Below, one piece after another: positions 26,658-32,000 of a stretch of 32,000 nucleotides of DNA. The stretch's first letter is position 1; each line of letters begins with the position of its first letter. The notes under the pieces are model-generated. The model saw only the letters and a list, made by a program, of their open reading frames with translations. It did no database searches and had not been told where the DNA came from. This DNA is from Desulfobulbus propionicus DSM 2032. GTDB taxonomy: Bacteria > Desulfobacterota > Desulfobulbia > Desulfobulbales > Desulfobulbaceae. Location of the stretch: NCBI RefSeq assembly GCF_000186885.1, contig NC_014972.1, forward strand, positions 150,001 through 182,000. Reading direction: 5' to 3'. The translations under genes were made by a program, and so were the position numbers.

Positions 26658-26830
26658 TCATTCAGGTCAGACTCCATGATCAGGACGGTTTTGCCCGGCT
26701 TGTACGCCGGCAGATCACCCCGCTTGATCGCCCGGTGGATGGTGTGATAGCTGCACTTGACCAGTTGGGCCGCTTCTTCAATCGTGATGGACGTGTCGCG
26801 AATCATGGGCGCATACCTGTTGGACCGCAT
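26582..26830 (-). CDS. Excisionase/AlpA-like small HTH protein
   Basis: TITIEEAAQLVKCSYHTIHRAIKRGDLPAYKPGKTVLIMESDLNEWFQS (the ORF actually reads SITIEEAAQ...). Confidence 0.8.
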   Translation of the reverse strand: MRSNRYAPMIRDTSITIEEAAQLVKCSYHTIHRAIKRGDLPAYKPGKTVLIMESDLNEWFQSTRIRTVKVGRPRRCLQIQKR

Positions 26831-27017
26831 GGCGGATTTCTTCGGGAGTACCCCATACCCAAGTCACCCTGCTGATGCCGGTGACCGCTTCCAGGCGCAC
26901 CGCCACCTTGCGCGGGCAGGGACGGTCGCCATGGATGATGTGCGACAGGAAATCCGGGCCGATCTGCGCTTGCCGGGCGATCTCCTTCTGGGTGAATCTC
27001 TTTTTGATAGGCTTCAT
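26778..27017 (-). CDS. XRE-like HTH regulator (small)
   Basis: MKPIKKRFTQKEIARQAQIGPDFLSHIIHGDRPCPRKVAVRLEAVTGISRVTWVWGTPEEI. Confidence 0.7.
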   Translation of the reverse strand: MKPIKKRFTQKEIARQAQIGPDFLSHIIHGDRPCPRKVAVRLEAVTGISRVTWVWGTPEEIRHAVQQVCAHDSRHVHHD

Positions 27018-27096
27018 GGTCAATGATGTAGAGTGATGGCGGAGAAGTGTCAATTGAAAAGCGGCGATTTTTTGGTTCAATATACTGTTTTTTCAG

Positions 27097-27152
27097 CAAA
27101 AATTGATCTATTGATCAATAAATGATCAGGTGATCATCAAATGGAACGAAGG
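27097..27152. promoter_or_regulatory. Operator-like cluster of TTGATC/TGATCA repeats
   Basis: aaaaattgatctattgatcaataaatgatcaggtgatcatcaaat; related motif at 27816..27845. Confidence 0.55.
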
Positions 27153-27205
27153 GTCACCGATGGTTGCAGGGAACCTGGCGTTACCAGCGAAGCGCCTTCA
27201 TCCGC

Positions 27206-27673
27206 TCAAGGCACGCCGCTTTCCTGGTTACGATAGGAGGAACCGGGGCGCCTGGCTATCGAGTCCTTTTTTGCATGTGCGTAACACCTTATAACTTTGA
27301 TTATTTTGACCAATAACGCGTCCATTTTTGCATGTCCGTTCGACCCGACTGGTAAAAGAAGGTATTTGCCCGAAAAGTCGTCACAAACTTGACGGGACGC
27401 GTCCATCTTTACAGGCTTGGGGGCGGATGCGGCGGGGGGTGGTTTCTGGCGTTTTTGGCGGTAGGTACGCCAGTAGTCGGGGTTGTTTTTCTGCCAACTC
27501 TGACGGGCTCTCTGTTGGTTGTCGACGTAGTCCGGATCGGTCGCCATTTTATTTCGTTGCCAGGCGTTTTTTCTGGCGCGCTGACATTCGGTACGCCCGC
27601 AATACTGTTGATTTTTGACGTGCGGATTTGTTGGCAGACAGAGGTGACAATGTTTGCACCGGAAGGGTTTCAT
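27206..27673 (-). CDS. Conserved hypothetical protein with N-terminal Cys motif (C-x2-C-x2-C...C-x4-C)
   Basis: MKPFRCKHCHLCLPTNPHVKNQQYCGRTECQRARKNAWQRNKMATDPDYVDNQQRARQSWQKNNPDYWRTYRQKR. Confidence 0.65.
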   Translation of the reverse strand: MKPFRCKHCHLCLPTNPHVKNQQYCGRTECQRARKNAWQRNKMATDPDYVDNQQRARQSWQKNNPDYWRTYRQKRQKPPPAASAPKPVKMDASRQVCDDFSGKYLLLPVGSNGHAKMDALLVKIIKVIRCYAHAKKDSIARRPGSSYRNQESGVP

Positions 27674-27815
27674 GGTTTTTCCATCCCTGACGTTGTTGGA
27701 CGCCATAGGTTGATAATCACGGGAAAAAATTACCCCGCACCATGAATTTTCAGCTGAACCTCCAGGCCAGTATCTGGCAATACAGGGAAAATCGTGGCCG
27801 ATTCGATTCCTCTTC

Positions 27816-27845
27816 TAAAAATTGATCAAATGATCTATTGATAGC
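27816..27845. promoter_or_regulatory. Operator-like repeats upstream of the XRE regulator
   Basis: taaaaattgatcaaatgatctattgatag, sharing aaaaattgatc and tgatc units with 27097..27152. Confidence 0.5.
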
Positions 27846-27846
27846 C

Positions 27847-28398
27847 ATGAGCAACGACATTCCCACCCAGTTCCGTACAGCCCTGAACCACCTCCTGCAG
27901 CAGGAAGGCAGGGGTGCCCAGGTCCGCTTGGCGCGGACTGAGAACATCGACCGTGGCTACCTCAACGCGATCATCAAAGGACGCAAGCCCGGCGCCGAGG
28001 TTATCCGGTCCCGGATCGCCAACCACTTCGGCATGACGTATGAAGAGATGCTGCTTCTTGGCCGGCGACTGCTGGCGGGGGGCACGGATGCCGGTACAGA
28101 ATCAGGAGGGACCGTATCCCAGCGAACGGAACTGGAAGGGAAAGGTATCGGGGAGAGCCACGGACTGCAGGAGGATGCTGGCGTTCACCTCGCCGGCACC
28201 CTGCGCAAAGCGCTCGATATTCTCGAGTCGAAAACAAAGTTCAGCGAATCCCTCGTCGAGGTCATCGCTGTTTACCACGAAGTGCTGACAGCGGGCAGGG
28301 ATCAGGAATTGGACACCCGGTTGCGGGCGCTGGAAGAGCGTGTGCGGCAGATGGCAGAAAGGCTGCCTGCTGGAACAAAAGGGCGGAAGAAGAGTTGA
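27847..28398 (+). CDS. XRE-family/phage repressor-like transcriptional regulator
   Basis: MSNDIPTQFRTALNHLLQQEGRGAQVRLARTENIDRGYLNAIIKGRKPGAEVIRSRIANHFGMTYEEMLLLGRRLL. Confidence 0.75.
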   Translation: MSNDIPTQFRTALNHLLQQEGRGAQVRLARTENIDRGYLNAIIKGRKPGAEVIRSRIANHFGMTYEEMLLLGRRLLAGGTDAGTESGGTVSQRTELEGKGIGESHGLQEDAGVHLAGTLRKALDILESKTKFSESLVEVIAVYHEVLTAGRDQELDTRLRALEERVRQMAERLPAGTKGRKKS

Positions 28399-28479
28399 CG
28401 AGTTACCCGGGCCGGTGGTGTGACTGATCCGGTCCCGTTTCTTTTGGCATCGGGCTACCCGGTTGCATGCTATTTTCCC

Positions 28480-28506
28480 CGGACAAAAGGGACAAAATGG
28501 ACAAAA
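28480..28506. repeat. 3 x 9-bp tandem repeat (NGGACAAAA type)
   Basis: cggacaaaa gggacaaaa tggacaaaa. Confidence 0.6.
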
Positions 28507-28695
28507 CCCCTGCTCGTGGTGGGCGTTTCCAAAATTCCTGCTTGGTTGCGATCAGGATGGTGGTGGAATGTTTTTTCGTATTTCCTCTTCCTTGGCGGAA
28601 TTCGACAACGGTGTGTAACAGCAACAAACGGACACTGCCTGTTTGTTGTCTTTTCTATTCTGTTCTTCTCTTGTCTGTTCTCCTGCGTGACGTCA

Positions 28696-28731
28696 CGTGA
28701 CACTAACCGTGACACCGACTGTGACATCTGG
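28696..28731. repeat. Imperfect 12-bp tandem repeat (3 units)
   Basis: cgtgacactaac cgtgacaccgac tgtgacatctgg. Confidence 0.55.
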
Positions 28732-28918
28732 GGCGACTCCGAGAGTGACCTGCGCATCAGTTTTATCTTTTGGTCATCGAGGATGGTTACATCATTTCTC
28801 CCAATGCCATCGACTTCTCTGAGTTGTGGTGCTGTCCGTCACGGATGAAAAGGCAGAGGTCCACTACCCCTGACCGTGACACGACAAACAGAGTTGGACT
28901 GCAAATTCCATTTGATTC

Positions 28919-28985
28919 CAGCCACGGATTCCACGCGATCCCGGCCAGTGATTCCAGAGGAATCCCACCAGGCATCGAGGAGGGT
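28919..28985. repeat. Dispersed repeat copy, inverted relative to 5543..5607
   Basis: cagccacggattccacgcgatcccggccagtgattccagaggaatcccaccaggcatcgaggaggg. Confidence 0.6.
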
Positions 28986-29090
28986 GGCGGCGCGTAGAAC
29001 CACTTGGTAGAGGAACCCTTTTGCTTTGCCATTCAAAGCGAGGGACGGAGTCCCTAATTCTTCCTTCCTTGCGATAGGGGGAATTACCGG

Positions 29091-29116
29091 CTGGCCGAGA
29101 CTTTAGGCTCGGCCAG
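29091..29116. other. Strong perfect hairpin CTGGCCGAG-actttagg-CTCGGCCAG
   Basis: Read directly; 9-bp stem, 8-nt loop, in the non-coding stretch upstream of the TA pair. Confidence 0.6.
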
Positions 29117-29264
29117 CCCTCTTGGAACGCATAGCACCCGCCCTGCCCTCTTCGGCGGGGATCGCCCGCAAAGACCAGCCTCGACAATCCTCATAAAAAA
29201 CAGGGGATTGCCTGCAAAAAACTGTTATTCTCGCCCAAGAAACTATAAAGGGCTTCAAGGCACG

Positions 29265-29293
29265 TTGCGTACCATGGTTCGCAGTGATATAAT
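29265..29293 (+). promoter_or_regulatory. Sigma-70-type promoter for the toxin-antitoxin operon
   Basis: TTGCGT (29265..29270), 17-nt spacer, TATAAT (29288..29293). Confidence 0.55.
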
Positions 29294-29309
29294 GGAAGGA
29301 GTAGAGAGA

Positions 29310-29654
29310 ATGGCACGACTTGCAAAACCAAAACGGGTCATCGTCTATGCGGATCAGGAGGGCAACGAGCCTTTTACCGACTGGCTCTATGGGCTGAAAG
29401 ACAGCATGGGGCGAAAGCGCGTCTTGATCCGAATTGCGCGCCTTGAGCAAGGGAACTATGGCGACTGTGAGCCGGTAGGGGATGGGATTAGCGAATTACG
29501 CATGTTCTTTGGTTCCGGCTATCGGGTTTATTTCGGGGAAGACGCGGATAACATCGTTGTCTTGCTCTGCGGCGGCGACAAGGGAAGCCAGAAGAAAGAC
29601 ATCAAACAGGCGAAAGCCTATTGGCGGGAGTATCTGACCCATGAAAAACTATAG
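29310..29654 (+). CDS. Addiction module killer protein (RelE/HigB-like, Gp49-type)
   Basis: KPKRVIVYADQEGNEPFTDWLYGLKDSMGRKRVLIRIARLEQGNYGDCEPVGDGISELRMFFGSGYRVYFGE...IVVLLCGGDKGSQKKDIKQAKAYWREY. Confidence 0.9.
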   Translation: MARLAKPKRVIVYADQEGNEPFTDWLYGLKDSMGRKRVLIRIARLEQGNYGDCEPVGDGISELRMFFGSGYRVYFGEDADNIVVLLCGGDKGSQKKDIKQAKAYWREYLTHEKL

Positions 29655-29949
29655 ATCATTTTCCGACGTTGAAGAATCCTACTTCCGCGACCATCCGGAA
29701 GAGATGGATGAATATATCGTCCTCATGTTTGAGGAATACGCCAAGGATGGCGACACAGGGGCCTTGCTCTCGTCGCTGCGTGTCCTGAGCCGCGTCAAGG
29801 GCGTGACCAAGATAGCCGAAGAAACCGGCCTGAGCCGCAAGGGGGTACAGAAAGCCCTCTCCGAAGACGGCAACCCCGAGTTTGCCAGCGTCAACGCCAT
29901 CATTCACGCCATGGGCTATCGCCTGTCACCGCAAAAATTGAACGCATAA
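29641..29949 (+). CDS. Addiction module antidote protein (HigA-like)
   Basis: Overlaps toxin end; GVTKIAEETGLSRKGVQKALSEDGNPEFASVNAIIHAMGYRLS. Confidence 0.9.
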   Translation: MKNYRSFSDVEESYFRDHPEEMDEYIVLMFEEYAKDGDTGALLSSLRVLSRVKGVTKIAEETGLSRKGVQKALSEDGNPEFASVNAIIHAMGYRLSPQKLNA

Positions 29950-30275
29950 CTCTGCCTCTCTGTGCGTAAATCTCCAATCCATGCTTCTTTAAAAGAGCGG
30001 CGAAAAGGATGACTCTTGACCAGTCAGTTGGCAGAGTGGTTGGAAAATCAGGGCGAGAAGGATCTAGGGACGCTGTTGTCCAGTTTGCCTGGAACGCGAC
30101 ACAAAAGAAGAGAGCGTGAAGCTGATGCCTTGTGTGTTTCGTGTGGCGTGAAAGAACCGAAAATCAGCTGCAGACAGGTTGCTGGGAGACAATGCCTATC
30201 CTTCCACGCAGCTCACATAAATGCGCCCAAAAATGCGACTAAATAATATAAATAATTAAAAATAAAGATATTTAT

Positions 30276-30325
30276 CAGGATTCCTAATCCTGGTGCCGCA
30301 GGTTCGAATCCTGCCTGGAGCACCA
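30276..30325 (+). tRNA. 3' half of tRNA-Arg(CCT) (anticodon arm to CCA), no 5' half: probable attachment-site duplicate
   Basis: CAGGA-TTCCTAA-TCCTG anticodon arm (anticodon CCT), GTGCC variable loop, GCAGG-TTCGAAT-CCTGC T-arm, CTGGAGC-A-CCA acceptor 3' strand. No GCTCCAG acceptor 5' strand or D-arm in the AT-rich sequence upstream. Confidence 0.85.
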
Positions 30326-30361
30326 CAAAAACAATGAGTTGGTCGATTGTCTAAAAACTAA

Positions 30362-30381
30362 AAATTGACACTAATTGACAC
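30362..30381. repeat. Perfect 10-bp tandem direct repeat (AATTGACACT x2) beside the att site
   Basis: aattgacactaattgacact. Confidence 0.7.
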
Positions 30382-30385
30382 TCGT

Positions 30386-30424
30386 GAAAAGCCGTAGCAA
30401 GCCAAGCTACGGCTTTTCTTTTTT
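30386..30424. terminator. Strong intrinsic terminator
   Basis: AAAAGCCGTAGC aagccaa GCTACGGCTTTT followed by CTTTTTTT; AT-symmetrical so likely bidirectional. Confidence 0.85.
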
Positions 30425-30463
30425 GGCCATTTGCTCGTATTCATTCATACCCTTGCCGCCCTG

Positions 30464-31000
30464 TTACGCCTCGTTAACCGATATACTCCCAGTAGCGGAG
30501 AGCAGAACCCTGCGCACATTAGGGGGGACTCCGATTTTGTATTGTCGGCGCACGGCTATGCATCTTGATTTTACAATTCGCTTTATAGATACCGCATCGC
30601 CCTGATTTCCGCCGAGAACGTGGTAACAATCTGAGTCTTCACCGACATACAGGCCAACGTGCCCACCTGATCCTCTCTTAAAAACAAGTACATCTCCGAG
30701 CTGTGCAGAAGGTGACTTTGTCCCCCATTTAGCCCAGGATCTTGCCCAGAGAGGACTGTCCGGCATATCCTTTCCAGACCGACGAGCCACAATGGCCATA
30801 AACAGCCCACACCAGGGAATAGAATCAGCGTTGTAACCTGCAATGTTACATTCCTCCGCCCAGGCCAGGATATCTGGATTGTTTTCCTCCCCAACCACTT
30901 CTTGAGTCCCGTAAAGCCTCAAGGCCTCAAGCAGCATTCTGGGGGCTGGCTCATTGGCTAACCACGCATACTCTTCAGGCAATTTTTGCGATCCTGTCAT
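30464..31000 (-). CDS. Phage-type endolysin-like protein (TIGR02594/CHAP-like amidase)
   Basis: PRMLLEALRLYGTQEVVGEENNPDILAWAEECNIAGYNADSIPWCGLFMAIVARRSG...GDVLVFKRGSGGHVGLYVGEDSDCYHVLGGNQGDAVSIKRI. Confidence 0.85.
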   Translation of the reverse strand: MTGSQKLPEEYAWLANEPAPRMLLEALRLYGTQEVVGEENNPDILAWAEECNIAGYNADSIPWCGLFMAIVARRSGKDMPDSPLWARSWAKWGTKSPSAQLGDVLVFKRGSGGHVGLYVGEDSDCYHVLGGNQGDAVSIKRIVKSRCIAVRRQYKIGVPPNVRRVLLSATGSISVNEA

Positions 31001-31088
31001 CCTGTCCTCCTTCAGTACGTTTTCCTGTATCGTGCAGCGTTACTGTAGAAAAACTATCAATTAACCTTCCCATTTTTAATCATATCAA

Positions 31089-31349
31089 TCAAGCATCAAC
31101 CTTTTCGGCTCCTGATTGCTCGCGGGTCTGTTTGAGCTTTGTACGTCCCCACGCGTAGATTCCGACAAGCGCTGGCAACGCAATATCCCCGCCAAGCAGA
31201 CCATGGGATCTCACCTGGATAGCCTCAGCCTGCTGCTGCATATCGCTTAACATGGCGATTATCTCCTTGATGTCAACACCAAGGAACTGCATCCCAACAA
31301 TGGCAATTACGGCCCACACCATTTTTCCCTCGCTGTTTCGCTCCATCAT
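31089..31349 (-). CDS. Small phage accessory protein (possibly holin-like)
   Basis: 86 aa; good RBS (aaggagagagcaATG), hydrophobic VWAVIAIVGMQFL segment; overlaps next gene; located by endolysin. Confidence 0.5.
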   Translation of the reverse strand: MMERNSEGKMVWAVIAIVGMQFLGVDIKEIIAMLSDMQQQAEAIQVRSHGLLGGDIALPALVGIYAWGRTKLKQTREQSGAEKVDA

Positions 31350-31723
31350 TGCTCTCTCCTTTCCCCGTGTGGAGGGGGATAGATTTCAATCTTTCTTCGT
31401 TCAAGCCGCTCAAAAATAGCCTTGATATCTTCCTGCATTTCTCCGATCAGGGCTTGAATGACGGCGATGTTCGTCCGGATTTCCCCGGCCTGTTCCAACT
31501 GCTGCAGGGCCGCGGTGGACATGGACTGCTGCACGACCGTCAAAATTTCCTTTCGTAGATCGGCAACGATCTGTTCCTGGGTAGACTTGAGCGATTCAAG
31601 CTGTTGTTCGAACTCCCGGGATTTTCTGCCGGCTATAAAGGACCAGGTCGCCACGGCGATCAAGGCTGCGCTGATGGCGCCCAACACCTCACGCCACCAG
31701 CTTATTTCTTCACCTGTAGGCAT
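31346..31723 (-). CDS. Small phage accessory protein with TM and coiled coil
   Basis: MPTGEEISWWREVLGAISAALIAVATWSFIAGRKSREFEQQLESLKSTQEQIVADLRKEIL; RBS AAGGAGAG before ATG at 31723. Confidence 0.55.
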   Translation of the reverse strand: MPTGEEISWWREVLGAISAALIAVATWSFIAGRKSREFEQQLESLKSTQEQIVADLRKEILTVVQQSMSTAALQQLEQAGEIRTNIAVIQALIGEMQEDIKAIFERLERRKIEIYPPPHGERREQ

Positions 31724-31837
31724 CTTCTCTCCTTCATGGTCTCGCCATAGAGCCCGGACAGTGTAGGCGACCCCGGCCTCCGGGCCGATGTTGCCCTCGT
31801 CCTGGCGTCCCAATGCTGGTTTGTCCCATCGGGGGTG

Positions 31838-32000
31838 CTATAGGGTGGCGGCCAGAGTAAAAAGATTGTCAATTTCTTCGTTGGTCAAACCCATTGCCCC
31901 GGCTATCGTGGTCAGCGTCGGCCAGTCTCTCTGTATTTCCTGCGCGTACTCCCACTCAATCCGCGCCCGGTCTCCAGCATCTCCCGCCATGTTGGCAACG
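31838..32000 (-). CDS. C-terminal end of a phage-like protein, 5' part outside the window
   Basis: Manual translation: VANMAGDAGDRARIEWEYAQEIQRDWPTLTTIAGAMGLTNEEIDNLFTLAATL*; no internal stop. Confidence 0.5.
   Translation of the reverse strand, partial: VANMAGDAGDRARIEWEYAQEIQRDWPTLTTIAGAMGLTNEEIDNLFTLAATL

Noticed and set aside
28420-28848. 142-aa plus-strand ORF with overlapping 28470..28757 minus ORF
   Set aside because: No ribosome-binding site or domain signature; part of the sequence is tandem repeat; not reported as CDS.
30016-30246. 76-aa plus-strand ORF next to the att site
   Set aside because: No recognisable motif and no clear RBS; considered as an integrase remnant but unsupported.
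30276-30325. A complete tRNA gene
   Set aside because: The upstream sequence is AT-rich and has no GCTCCAG acceptor strand or D-arm, so only a 3' half is present.
1-32000. CRISPR array, rRNA operon or retron/DGR structure
   Set aside because: No regularly spaced identical repeats, no rRNA sequence, and no reverse-transcriptase motif (YxDD) seen in the ORFs read.

Overview
The window is about 30 kb of a mobile element (conjugative element or ICE-like) followed by a short phage-like segment. From left to right it contains: (1) an edge-truncated minus-strand SIR2-domain gene (965..1), absent from the supplied ORF track and a candidate anti-phage defence gene; (2) an IS3-type orfA remnant; (3) a Cu/Ag P1B ATPase with YHS and heavy-metal-binding N-terminal domains, plus a small membrane protein; (4) a ScdA/YtfE-like di-iron (RIC) protein embedded in a decayed duplication, with two intact and one degenerate copy of a 69-aa acidic protein, remnants of a second ric, a DUF6448-like gene and an AbiEi/DUF6088-like antitoxin fragment; (5) a lytic transglycosylase and an almost complete F-type T4SS/mating-pair operon on the minus strand (traA-L-E-K-B-V-C-W-U-trbC-trbI-S26 peptidase-traF-H-G), headed by an OmpA-like protein, a possible MerR-like protein and a sigma-factor-like protein; (6) a TrfA-type replication initiator with a possible origin, several HTH regulators sharing TTGATC/TGATCA operator-like sites, and a HigB/HigA-type toxin-antitoxin pair; (7) a clean 3' half of tRNA-Arg(CCT) at 30276..30325, interpreted as an attachment site; (8) phage-like endolysin and accessory genes beyond it. 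Relaxase, coupling protein and integrase are not visible in the window. All functional calls are by motif and by eye; no database search was run.
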